Positions 44,808 through 55,246 of a stretch of 64,000 bases of DNA are shown here, piece by piece (within the stretch, counting starts at the first letter, position 1; every line of letters starts with the position of its first letter). This DNA comes from Thecamonas trahens ATCC 50062 (lineage: Eukaryota; Protista; Apusomonadida), in assembly GCF_000142905.1 (NCBI RefSeq), contig NW_013657671.1, positions 186,001 through 250,000 of the forward strand, given 5' to 3'. The translations under genes were made by a program, and so were the position numbers. A model generated the notes under the pieces. It worked only from the letters and a program-made list of their open reading frames with translations, was not told the origin of the DNA and made no database searches.

Positions 44808-46439
44808 ATGCTACGCGGCACTATGCTGAGCGGACGGTTACAGCGTCTTCGGATCCTGCAGCCGCTGTTGTTGCCGGTGGCGTCGTCGTTGGGGTGGTTT
44901 AGCGGTGGTGCAGCCAGGGCAGACAGTCAGGGTGTTGGTCAAGCTGATCCGGCGATGAAGAGCAGGCAGATGGCGGTACCAGTGGCCTCGTTCCCAGCAG
45001 TTTCCATCCCAGTTCCGGGATCGGTCCCAGTAGAGGTCACTCTCATTGCCCAGCTCGCGCCAGGCTCCGGATCGCATGTCTTTGATGCCGTCGCCCGTCG
45101 CCAAGCCGAGCACGCCGAGTACGTGGCCGAGCTCGATGAGCCCTCGGCGAAGCTGGGCAACGTCGATCTGGACGTTGGCGATCGGAGCTCGCTCTACACT
45201 TTTACCGTCGACGGTGGCCATCCGTTTCACAGACACGCTGGCCATCGGGTGGTGGTCGGCATCGCCGGCGCAAGCGGCTCGACCCTTGCCTTTTCCACCG
45301 CCACTGACGTCGACGAGCTTCGCGCCAATCCCACGGCGTTTGTGGACAACTTTGAAGTCGTCCGCCTTCCTCCAGATGCGCTCTTTACGCTGCGATTCGA
45401 CGGATCGGTGTGGCATCGGTTCTCGCCGGACTTTGTCCGCTTGCCAGGCCAGAGCCACGAGCTCATCAACGTGCTTTCTGCCCGGCAAGGGCCGCATCCG
45501 GCGTTCACTGCCATCTCGACTCACACCGACGAGACCGGCGGAGACCTTGCGCCTGAGCTGGCGCAGGCCGTCTGCAGGGGAGAGGCCAACATCGCCATGC
45601 TCACCGAGCTGCTGCCTGACGAGGTTGTTGACTACCTTGCCGCCCATCCGATCAGGTCGCCCAAGACGACTGCGCTCTCGCTTGAACCGTATGGCCAGCT
45701 CCAGAGCGAGGCCTGCTACGCTTTTCGCTCGACCGCTGGACGCATGTGGCGCGCGTTGCCCAAGTGGGAGCCGAAGCATTGGGTACTCACCACCGTCCGG
45801 GCCGATCGCTCCGGCGCCCACCTCCCTGTCACGTACTCACCCGATCCAGCGCCGCACTCGATGCTCCGGACTGTTGTCGCCGAGTTTGACCACCAAGACG
45901 AGTTTGCTGTCGAGTTTGAAGCTGGCACGGCTGGCTTGACCTCCGCAGACGTCCTGGCGCTTGCGCTGGAGGGCTTCCTCGAAAACCCACCCGATGTGGT
46001 CTCGACAATGATGCGAGTCCGCAATGCACTGGTTGCTCCGCTACGGCTCCGCACCTCGCCGCTCGGCTGCCCGGTCTCGTCGCTTCTCTCGAGATCCGAC
46101 ACGCTGTTTGCTGGCCGGTTCCCAGTCCATGACTCGGTGGTGGCAGACGATGGCATGTCTGCCGAGGTTCTCCTCGGCGCTGATGACAAGCATGTCAGCT
46201 TTCGCTCGGTCGTCCGAGTTGAGGCCCTTCCGTCGGCGTCCAACACTTTCCGTCTCATCCTAGGCAACCGCGTCGAGTGCCTCAATGTCTTTGGCAAGGC
46301 CTACATGTGGGCTATCGACGCGAGCCATCGCAACATTGTCGCTCCTGGCCTCATCCGGCACGCCGCTCAATACGTCATCGCAGCCACCTCTGCCGCCGAC
46401 AGGGCCAAAACTCGCGGTCACCCCAACTCGCAAAGGTAG
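44808..46439 (+). CDS. Bacterial-type cupin-like + DUF2867-like protein with putative mitochondrial presequence
   Basis: His-rich GHPFHRHAGHR...WHRF; C-terminal MMRVRNALVAPLRLRT, EVLLGADDKHVSFR, GKAYMWAI..HR resembles DUF2867; Arg/Leu/Ser-rich, acid-free N-terminus; intronless. Confidence 0.7.
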   Translation: MLRGTMLSGRLQRLRILQPLLLPVASSLGWFSGGAARADSQGVGQADPAMKSRQMAVPVASFPAVSIPVPGSVPVEVTLIAQLAPGSGSHVFDAVARRQAEHAEYVAELDEPSAKLGNVDLDVGDRSSLYTFTVDGGHPFHRHAGHRVVVGIAGASGSTLAFSTATDVDELRANPTAFVDNFEVVRLPPDALFTLRFDGSVWHRFSPDFVRLPGQSHELINVLSARQGPHPAFTAISTHTDETGGDLAPELAQAVCRGEANIAMLTELLPDEVVDYLAAHPIRSPKTTALSLEPYGQLQSEACYAFRSTAGRMWRALPKWEPKHWVLTTVRADRSGAHLPVTYSPDPAPHSMLRTVVAEFDHQDEFAVEFEAGTAGLTSADVLALALEGFLENPPDVVSTMMRVRNALVAPLRLRTSPLGCPVSSLLSRSDTLFAGRFPVHDSVVADDGMSAEVLLGADDKHVSFRSVVRVEALPSASNTFRLILGNRVECLNVFGKAYMWAIDASHRNIVAPGLIRHAAQYVIAATSAADRAKTRGHPNSQR

Positions 46440-46754
46440 AGCTGCCACGTAGCGCACCTCCTTGGCTCAACCATCGCCGCTGTAGTCTTTGAACAAACGC
46501 CGATCCATCTCGAGGGCTGACCAAGTAGGACTAAACGCTCACTGGCTCACTGCCTGACACCGCACTCAAGACGGCGGTCGGATGTGTAGGTGAGCCGTGG
46601 TAGCGGGTGCCGGAAAGAGGAGGAGGAGGAGGAGGAGAGGGTGTGGGGGAGTGAACACAGACTTACATGGCCATGGGTGGGCATGGTGGGCTGTGGGTGG
46701 TTGTGGTGGGCCTTGGTGCGGCTGTGGCTGTGGCTGTTGCTCTGGCTGGGGCGG

Positions 46755-49700
46755 GCAGCAGCAGAAGAGGCACGACAGCCGCGGTGCTTTGTGTGCGGGA
46801 AGACACTCGAGGGGGCAACGGTTGTGGCGGTCCATTCGGCACGATTCCATGAGGCGTGCTGGGAGTGGTGGCTCCCGCAGGGCAAAGTCGACTCGCACTC
46901 GTACATGCAGGTGGCGGCATCATCGGGCCTGTTCTTCAAGGGCGGCAAGATTAAGGTCTTTGCCAAGGGCGGCATGCTCTCGTCGTCAAAGTGGCGGGAC
47001 CGGCTCGGCGTCCTCACGCGTGAGGGCATGTTTGTCTACCGCAAGGCCAAGGATCCGGCCTATGAGTCTTGTGTTCTGTTCGAGGATGTCGACGATGTCC
47101 TGCCCGGCCGATCGTGGGCCGGCTGGGGTAAGAAGACCTCCAAGATCCGCCGAGATCTCGCTGTGGTTCTCCTCCTCAACTCTGGCGCTGCGCCGTTTGT
47201 CTTTGAGTCGAGCGCGATTGACCTTACCAAGTGGCTTGTCTTTGCCCGCTTTCTCCGCAAGCTGAAGGCGGCCGGCACCGCTGGCCATGTCCATCGCATC
47301 TCGCCGGTAGCTGCTGTCGCCGGAGAGTACGTGTACTCGGACGACGAGGCGGTTCTCGACGAGGCTGAGACTGAGGAGGTCGACTGTGATGACTGGATTT
47401 ACGGTGAGGGTGAGGGCGAGGGCGAGGGCGAGGGCGAGCATGTGTACGAGCATGTGTACGAGTACGAGTACGACGATGGCGCCGGGGCCAGCGGGTCGCT
47501 GAAGGGTGCGCTGAGCGCCTCACTGCAATGGTCCAAGTCGGAAGAGATTGCTGCGCTCCTTGGGCGGCGGGCCCAGTTTTGGTGGGGTGACGATGACAGA
47601 TGGCGAGTGGGCCGTTTTGTGGCCTTTGCCGACGCCACTGACATGTTCTCGATCAAGTACACTGATCCGGTGTCAGGCGAAGAAGTCACCCTTGAGCAGG
47701 CCCTCGACGACATGCCGTACGAGCTGCTGAGCGACGACAGCAGCGCGCTGCAGCGGATGCGGTCGATTGCCACCGTCTCGTCGCTAGTACGCCGCGAGTC
47801 GCGGGCGGATATGGGCAGCTCGGGTGATTGGGCGGATAGCAATGGCATTCCGCGCCTTGCCTCGGACACCTGGATTGAGCACATCAATGACCACCTGGAC
47901 GGCGACGTCGTCGCAGTTGTCCCTGACCATCTTGTTGGCTGCTTTGTTCGCGTGTGGGAAGACGAGGAGTCGGATGTGTTCTCCACCGGGCAAATCATGA
48001 GCTACGACGAGAGCACGGCGCTCTTTGCAGTCGATTTTGCCTCGGAGCACGGTGTGGCGTCGCGGCAGTTTAAGTTCAACGGCGATGTCGAGTTTGAGCT
48101 TATTGCTGAGAACATGCTTCATGCGTCGCACCTCAACGCTGACCTTGCGGTTGCACAGGATGCAGCCGTGGTCATGGGCAAGGAAGGTGAGGACGGCGAG
48201 GAAGATGCCGGTGACAAGGACGGCGAGGACGGCGAGGTTGGCGTGATCGCCACAGCCGAGTCCAAGGGTGATGCCGTGGACGAGTCTTTGTTGGAAATCA
48301 GTGCTACCAGTGATGTTGAGGTTGATGTGGATGAGGATGACAAGCTGGAAGGCGAAGATTACTCGACTATCGATGTTGATGATGTGCTCGGCCTTTTGCG
48401 GACTGACACTGAGACGCAGAGCGCGGGCTTGGTGGGACCGTCTTCGCCCGCACCTGCGCTTGTTGAGCCACTCCAGCCTGATCTTGACCAGCCTGCCCCC
48501 CAACCGGGCTTGAGGGAGCCGTCTTTGCCAGACCGTTGTCGCCTCGGCCGCCGCAGTCGCATGTGGCTGAGGATGAGTTATCCAGCACCTCAGAGTCGCG
48601 GGAGCCAACTTCACCGTTGTCGCCTCGGCCGCCGCAGTCGCATGTGGCTGAGGATGAGTTATCCAGCACCTCAGAGTCACCAGACGCACTGGAGACTGCT
48701 CACGAGACTGTGGCTTTGTCGACTGCACTTCTCGACGGCGGCGTGTTGGCGAGCTTGCTGTGGCGGTCCAGAATGTCGAGTCAATGGGTGACAGGCTTGC
48801 CAACCCGAGTGTCATGTCGAGCGATGGAGACTGGGCAGCGGCGCTTTACCCGGTCCGCGACCACGTCGATGCTGTGGCGACCAGTGTCGATGACCTGGCA
48901 CTCCGCGTCCAGGCGGCCGAAGCGACTGCGTCGACGGCGGCATCGCTGGCGGCTGATGCCCGTCGTGACGCTGCGCATGCGCTGGAACGGACCGCGTCGC
49001 TCGAGGTCAATGTTGCTGATGTTGGCTCTGGCTCCGAGCTGGCTGACGCGGTGGCAGTACTTGCCGACGATGTAGCGAGCGTCAAGGAGGCGTTGGCTAC
49101 TGTGACATCGCGGGTCGACGACGTTGCGTCCCACAAGCTCGAGGTCACGCGTGTGCTAGCTGAAGTGCGCGGTGACGGTGACGAAGAGTGCGAGTGGAAC
49201 ATGCGCGATGAGGTCCAGCACCTCTCACAGCAGGTTGCGGTCCTTGTTGCTGCAGTCCGCGAAGTGGATGCCCGGTCGGCCGAGCCGGACCAGATTGCCG
49301 TCGAGGAGCGTGGGCGGCTGTGGGACGAGCTGCGCGCGCTTTCAGGAAGAGTTCGCGACCTTGACGAAGCCCCGCGGGAAGTCCCGGTCGTTCCCGAGCT
49401 AAGCGCAGCCGTCGAGGCGCTGCAGCACCGGGTAGCGGACATGGAAGCAGGCTTGGCTGGTAGTCTCGCCGCCACGACTGGCCTCGAGAGCCAAGCTGGG
49501 ATAGGCAGTGCCAGCGCCAAGCTGGACGATCTCGCACTCCGTGTCGAAGCGCTGACTGAGGTCATGGGCGAGGTGCAGGATGCCCAGGGTGAACTGCAGA
49601 ATGCGCACGAGGCGGCCAAGCTGGAGAAGCGGGATGCTGAAACCGCTTCCTCGGCCACCGCGCCTCCGCCCGCTGTGTCGGTTGAAGCCTTCGAGGCGCT

Positions 49701-50979
49701 TGTCGCTAGCATCCGCGACCTCGGCAACCTGATAGGTGACCTTGAGCAGGCGCAGCTGCAGCAAGAGCTGCGACACGCGCAGCTACGCAGCGAGCTCGTG
49801 AATCCACTCCCGCCCCGTGCCCCGACACCGACTGACGATACCGGGCCAGGCGATGCCGAGCCGGACGATGCGGCGTCAGACGCCGCGTTTGTCATTGTGG
49901 CCGAAGCAGCCGAGCGCGCACCTGCACCCGTGCCTGCGCCCACACACAACGCGGTGGCCGAATTGGAGCGTGAGCGTGAGCAGTGGCGGCTGGAAAAGGC
50001 CGAGATGGAGGCGGCGCACAAGCTCGAGATGGAGCGGTTGTTGCTTGAGGTCGACCGGGCACGGTTGGAGGAGCAGCGGGCGGCGCTACTGAGCGAGCGG
50101 GCGGCACTCGACAACGCGTGGGACGAGCTTGAACAACATCGCGGCATTGCAGTCGACCAGCAGGCTCGGGTCCACCGTGAGTTGGAGAACAAGGCTCACG
50201 CCCTTGCTGAAAAAGAGATCGAGGTTGTTGCGGCCGAGGTTGCGGTCAGCGTAACCGCGGCGGCAGCGTCGCAAACGCCGCCTCTGGCGCCGGCGGCTCC
50301 TCCTGTCATCCACCACCATCACCATGCGCCCGAGCCTCCGTCATCCTCACGGTCGGTGCAGGCCTCGTCGCGGGACGACCACCGCAGGGCTGCGTTTGCG
50401 GCCCGACGTTCGGAGTCAGGCTCAAACCTGGGTCACGAGGCCGAAACGCAGCGGAGTATGAGTGCAGCAGCCGCGATAGACAAGAGCAAGTCGCGGCGCC
50501 GACACAGAGTCCGTCGCCGGCGATCGCAGGCCAGCGACGCGGCTGGGGTGAGCCCGGCGGCCGTGCCGTGGACGCACGTTGTTGAGGAGGATCCATTCCC
50601 CGACTACGGAGCTGCACCCGGCCCAGGAGAGACCGACCTGTCGCGCCGGGTCCGGATGATTTTCCAGCCCGGAGAGCCTCTTTCGTCGCGGTGGCGGCGG
50701 TCACCGACCCGGTCGCCAGGGCGCAGCGCCGACCTCTCGACCTCGCCGCTATTCCTGAGCGGGCTGCCGCGTGGTTCACGAGCGACGCCTTCGCCAGTCA
50801 AGCCGTCCTATCGACTCTCCAGCTCGTTGACACCCAAGGTGTCGCGAACGGCATCGTATGCACCGTCGCCGTCGCTGCTGGGCCGGCGAGCCGGCGGAAG
50901 CCGCGGCAGAGACAGCAGCCGCGGGCGCGGACGCGATGGCGAGCTGCTCAACCCGTATCGGCTCTCGCTCTACGGATGA
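46755..50979 (+). CDS. Large protein: LIM-like Zn finger - PH - two Tudor-like domains - coiled coil (frame breaks ~48528 and ~48758; 5' exon unresolved)
   Basis: CFVCGK.L.....V....FHEAC; KGGMLSSSKWRDRLGVLT..GMFVYR (PH); LLGRRAQFWW..D.W..G.F and LVGCFVRVW...GQIMSYD (Tudor-like); three ORFs chain by single -1 steps. Confidence 0.65.
48532..48680 (+). repeat. 81-bp-period coding tandem repeat (PLSPRPPQSHVAEDELSSTSES x2)
   Basis: Identical accgttgtcgcctcggccgccgcagtcgcatgtggctgaggatgagttatccagcacctcagagtc twice. Confidence 0.9.
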
Positions 50980-51020
50980 GCCGTGGATGTAAAGCAAAGG
51001 ATTCGTTTAATGATGGCAAC

Positions 51021-52457
51021 TCACTCCAACTCCTCGTACTCGTCTTCAAAGATCAAGTCTTCTTCGTCGAGCTCGACCTGGTTGCCGTTGTGGTCGTAGA
51101 AAAGGCCGTCCTCGCCTTGGTAGATGTCGCCCTCCTGCAGGATGAGCTCTTCTCCGTCGTCCCCAACTAGGAACGGGTCTTCCGCCTCGTCCACCTCGGC
51201 ATCTAACCAAGACCGGGACGAGCGAGCTGAGTGCGAGGCGCGAGAGGCCGAGCCATTGCGCAGGGAGCCGTGATCTGATCCAAGCGTGGCTGATTGCGGG
51301 GAGCCTAGCGCTGCCGAGGCATCGGCCCGCGTCGGCTTCTTGTATCCGAGGAGGACAGCGCCATCGAGGGTGGGCTTGAAAGTGCAGTTCTTGCGGATGT
51401 CTTCCTCGCGCTGGCGAATAAGCTCCTGGCGGCGGCGCTCGGTCCTTGAATTGACGTCCTTGGCGTGCTGCTCCATGCGACGGAGAACCGGGCCCGCGCC
51501 TCGGCGGGCGACAATGCCCGTCGACTTGCGGCCGATCTGCGGACGGAACGGCAGCGAGCGACGCTCATTGTATCGCTGCTCGTTACGCTTGCGAGTGATG
51601 CTGGCGTCTCGGTTGCGGGCCCACTCATCCATGCGCTCATTGAGTGGCTTGGTAAACCGGGCGAGCTTGGCCGACGTTCGCGACGGCCGAGGGCGGACCC
51701 GCAGCTCCTCGAGCTCCTTGCGCTCAGCCTCACGGGCCAGTGCCCGCAGTTTGGCCTCCTTCCGCTCTTGGGACTGCTGCAGCCGCGTTTGAAAGGATGG
51801 CAGCGGCTTGGAGGAGACAAGCTTGCGGGTGTGGGGCGAGAGCGTCTTGCCGGTTGTTCTTCTCCGTGCCGGCGCCTGCCGGCCTCCCCCACGCCCATTC
51901 TTGCGTGATCGCCCCGCGTTCTCTCCGGCTCGGCGGTGGGTGTTGCCCTTAAGCGATCGGGTCAGGGCCGGTCCTGTCGAGGTGCTGCCACCATTGAACG
52001 ATCTGTTGCGAGCAACGTGCGGCGCGGCCGCTGGATCGGGACCCCACCACTGGCCTGCACCGGGCTGAGCGTAGCTACCACCCTGAGACTGGTGCGGATG
52101 GGGACTTGGATACGCTGCGGGATGCGGATTCGAATAGCCGGAGGACGGCTGTGCGAGAGCGGCTGTGCCGAGCATGTGGGCCGGGGCGGGACCCGGCGGG
52201 AGCGGGTAGGCCGGGTACGGATACGGCGCCGAAGCTGCGGGGAAGGGCGGGCCGTGGGGCGGATAGCCGCCACCATGGGGCGGATACCCCAGATGAGACG
52301 ACGGATATCCGAGTTGTGGAGGAGGATACGCAACCTGTGGCGGGAGCCCGTGCCCATACCCGATGCCATGCCCGTATCCGACAGCCTGGTTCGGCCGGTG
52401 CTGGTCGACGCCCGGAACCGCCACGGAACCGCCACGGTCTGGGCCTGGTGCGGCCAT
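51021..52457 (-). CDS. Hypothetical protein: Pro/Tyr/Gly-rich N-terminus, basic region with (T/P)F(K/R)P motifs, acidic tail
   Basis: ORF from ATG 52457; LPFRPQI and CTFKPTL resemble motifs of microtubule-associated protist proteins. Confidence 0.6.
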   Translation of the reverse strand: MAAPGPDRGGSVAVPGVDQHRPNQAVGYGHGIGYGHGLPPQVAYPPPQLGYPSSHLGYPPHGGGYPPHGPPFPAASAPYPYPAYPLPPGPAPAHMLGTAALAQPSSGYSNPHPAAYPSPHPHQSQGGSYAQPGAGQWWGPDPAAAPHVARNRSFNGGSTSTGPALTRSLKGNTHRRAGENAGRSRKNGRGGGRQAPARRRTTGKTLSPHTRKLVSSKPLPSFQTRLQQSQERKEAKLRALAREAERKELEELRVRPRPSRTSAKLARFTKPLNERMDEWARNRDASITRKRNEQRYNERRSLPFRPQIGRKSTGIVARRGAGPVLRRMEQHAKDVNSRTERRRQELIRQREEDIRKNCTFKPTLDGAVLLGYKKPTRADASAALGSPQSATLGSDHGSLRNGSASRASHSARSSRSWLDAEVDEAEDPFLVGDDGEELILQEGDIYQGEDGLFYDHNGNQVELDEEDLIFEDEYEELE

Positions 52458-52597
52458 GGCGCGAGCGCGAGGGGATGGGAGCAGGAAGGGGGGAGAGGGG
52501 AAAGGGAGGAGGGGTAGCTTGGAGGGAAAGTGTGCGTGTGTGTCAGGGTGGAGTGGTGCCGGCTGTGGCCGTCGCTGTGGGCTGTGGCTGTGGGTGG

Positions 52598-53724
52598 TCA
52601 AAGGTGGGCTGGCGATCGGACAATGGCCGAGTATGACGGCGGGAGCTCCGGCATGTCATCAGGTTCCGAAGCTGGCGCACGTTGAGGAGGAGATGGGTGG
52701 CGGCGATGGCGGCGATGGCGGCGATGGCGGCGATGGCTCGGCTCGGATTGACGAGGCGACGCGGGCGAGCGCGAGCGCGAGTCCGAGATGCAGCCGGAGC
52801 CACCCGAGCACGAAGAGTCGGACCATGATCCACCGGCAGCGACGGAAGGGAACGGGGCGGATCGTCTCCGGGCGTGGCAGGGGGCTGCGGAATCCAGTTG
52901 GAGTTGTAGACGTCGCGATGGCGGCGGCGGCGGCGGCGGCGACCAGGCGGGCTGCGCGAGCGCGAGCGCGAGTCTGACATTGAGGCGGAAGCCGAGATCG
53001 AGGACGAGGAGCGCGGTGGCGGCGCAGTCCGCGCAGCGTTGACCCAGGCCTCGGAGACCGACTTGAGAAAGTGGACGCTGCCTGTCGGGCCGTCGACGCC
53101 ATGGATGTAGTTGCCATGGACGTCGATGGTGTACGTACCGCCACGCTCACGGCGGAGCCGGGCGCGAGTACGCGCGGTGAGTGTAAAGCCAGCATCGTAG
53201 CGAAGGACGAGTGCCATTCGGAGCGTCTCGTCCGAGTAGTAGCCGACGACGACGTCGAACCTGCCCTCGCCGTCCGAGCCATGTCCAGAGATGCGCCCAG
53301 AGGTAAAGGTCAGATTGAGCTCTGCGCGCTCTGGGACCCCGCGGGACGACTGGATACCACCAGACCAGCGGCCCGATACAAAGAATGGTGGCATGGGCCT
53401 GCCTGTCTCGCCGATGTGAACGTGTCGCTCGAGCTCACTGTGGCTGGGATGAGCATCGGCAGGCGTCGGGCCAAAGTTGGAGGAGCACGAGTAGCACGAG
53501 CACGAGTCTGTATAATACATGTAGATAGCACAGACACCAATACCCATAACCACAAGCACAATGAGCACCCATGCCCATGCCGGGATCACCCCATCGGACG
53601 GCCTACTCTGATCAGCCTCATCCGTAGTCGAGCCACGGGTGGCTGACGACCGGGCCTGGCAGCAGGCAGCCAAGGCGAGCACCAGCAGGCCAAGGCCCAC
53701 CAGACGTAATGCTACCCTTGGCAT
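52598..53724 (-). CDS. Type I membrane protein with cytosolic beta-rich domain and PPxY tail (frame break at 52854-52857)
   Basis: Signal MPRVALRLVGLGLLVLALAACCQA; TM WAWVLIVLVVMGIGVCAIYMYY; SGRWSG..LNLTF..G.ISG.G.D..G.F; +C gives DDPPPFP...ELPPSYSAIVRSPAHL*. Confidence 0.7.
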
Positions 53725-54285
53725 GGGTGCTACTACTACAACAACAAAGATGGATGATGAAGTGGAGTCTGAGTGTAGTCTTCTTCTCGGTCCGGACCTC
53801 TACCTCCCCCCCCCCCCCCTCTCTTGTGCCGCCATGGTCTCCCTCTGTCGCCTGGCGTGCTCCGTTTGCTGCCGCACTTTGCGTCCCCCGCTTCTGCCGA
53901 TCCATGCCTTATCAAGCGCGATAAGAACAGATCCGGCGGCTGGAGCAGGTGGCGAGTGCGAGCCAAAGCATCAGGTGTGCATGCTTGAGCATTTCTGGCT
54001 GACTGGCCGAAGCGCTGTCGTCAGCTCTTCCCCACGCGATCGTAGCGTAGTAAGAGCTACGCTGATGATCTGCAGACTCATCTTGATCCTGGTATCCGAG
54101 TCCGATGGCCAAGGTGGATGCCAAAACGGCAGCTGAGAGGAAAGCATCATACCAGCCATCGTTGAGAGCTGGGAGCGTCTTGTCACTGCCCGCCGCCCGA
54201 CCTTGTGCTGGACGGCGCCATGGCCAAGACGGCCACCAGCAGGGCCACCACTCGACTGTGAAGCATACGAAAAGAAGTGCGTGAG

Positions 54286-54999
54286 ATGGAGGAAAGAAGA
54301 GGATACGGACCTGTGACTGTGAGCGAGTGGGGCGAACGTGTTGTGGTGGAGAGCTTTCCCTGGCGGTCGGTGTATGTGGGTGGCGGAGTGTGGCTGCTCG
54401 GTCTGGTCCTGCTCGTCGTCTTCCCTCTGCCATCCACCGGTCTACTGAAGGTCTTCCACTTGCTGGCGGCGGTCATTTTCTTTGGTGCAGCCGGCGCTTC
54501 GTTTGTTGGCGCGGCAGAGGGCTTTGAGGCCCGGATCGGGGACAAGCTGCCCACTGGTGGGGTCAAGGGCGAGCTCCGCGTCCACACCTCGCCGCTCCTC
54601 GCCCGACTGATGGGCGAGTCGGCATTGGGCGAGCTGCTTGGCTCGGGCCCGCCGCGGGTCTACGTCCAGTCACTGGCAGGCGTCTCGGCTGTCCGGGTCG
54701 ATGCCAAGGCTGCCGACATCCACTACGGACAGCGCGGCGGCTTCCGCATTGTCGCCGTCCTGGAGGGTGGCATCGTCCTCCCTCTCATCCACGAGTTCCA
54801 CATGATCCCGGTCGGCCCGTTCAACGATCTTGTCGACGCTCTTGCCGTCGCCTTTAACCTCACTCTCGCCGACCACCGCGAGATCGGTCATGATGCCTCG
54901 CCCAACGAGCGCCACGTCCTCCGCGGCACCCTCCACGGTTGGCGCCGCCTCTCCCCGAGCCAGATCCTCGAGCACGCCATGGACGAACATGGCTACTGA
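54286..54999 (+). CDS. Hypothetical two-TM protein
   Basis: Two hydrophobic segments (VWLLGLVLLVVFPLP; FHLLAAVIFFGAAGA) followed by a globular region. Confidence 0.6.
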   Translation: MEERRGYGPVTVSEWGERVVVESFPWRSVYVGGGVWLLGLVLLVVFPLPSTGLLKVFHLLAAVIFFGAAGASFVGAAEGFEARIGDKLPTGGVKGELRVHTSPLLARLMGESALGELLGSGPPRVYVQSLAGVSAVRVDAKAADIHYGQRGGFRIVAVLEGGIVLPLIHEFHMIPVGPFNDLVDALAVAFNLTLADHREIGHDASPNERHVLRGTLHGWRRLSPSQILEHAMDEHGY

Positions 55000-55246
55000 T
55001 AGCATCCCACAATCGTAATATGATACACTCTACACCGCGACACAGTCTGATCCTGTTTCTTTCTCTAGCACTTTGGCGCAAAGCCTGTGAACCTGCCGCA
55101 GCCACAAAACAGAGATGGCGCGCATTCGGCTGGTGTGCCGACTCGGCGCGCGCGCGCAACGTGAGCAGCGAGCAGCCAGGTCCGCAAGCAGCCCGCAGCA
55201 AGTCCCACTTCTCCCCCACCTCTCTCCTCCCCTCACAAGCTTGACC

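Noticed and set aside
53912-54270. Signal-peptide-like and hydrophobic fragments on the minus strand
   Set aside because: Frames do not join coherently and no family motif is recognisable; at most a decayed fragment.
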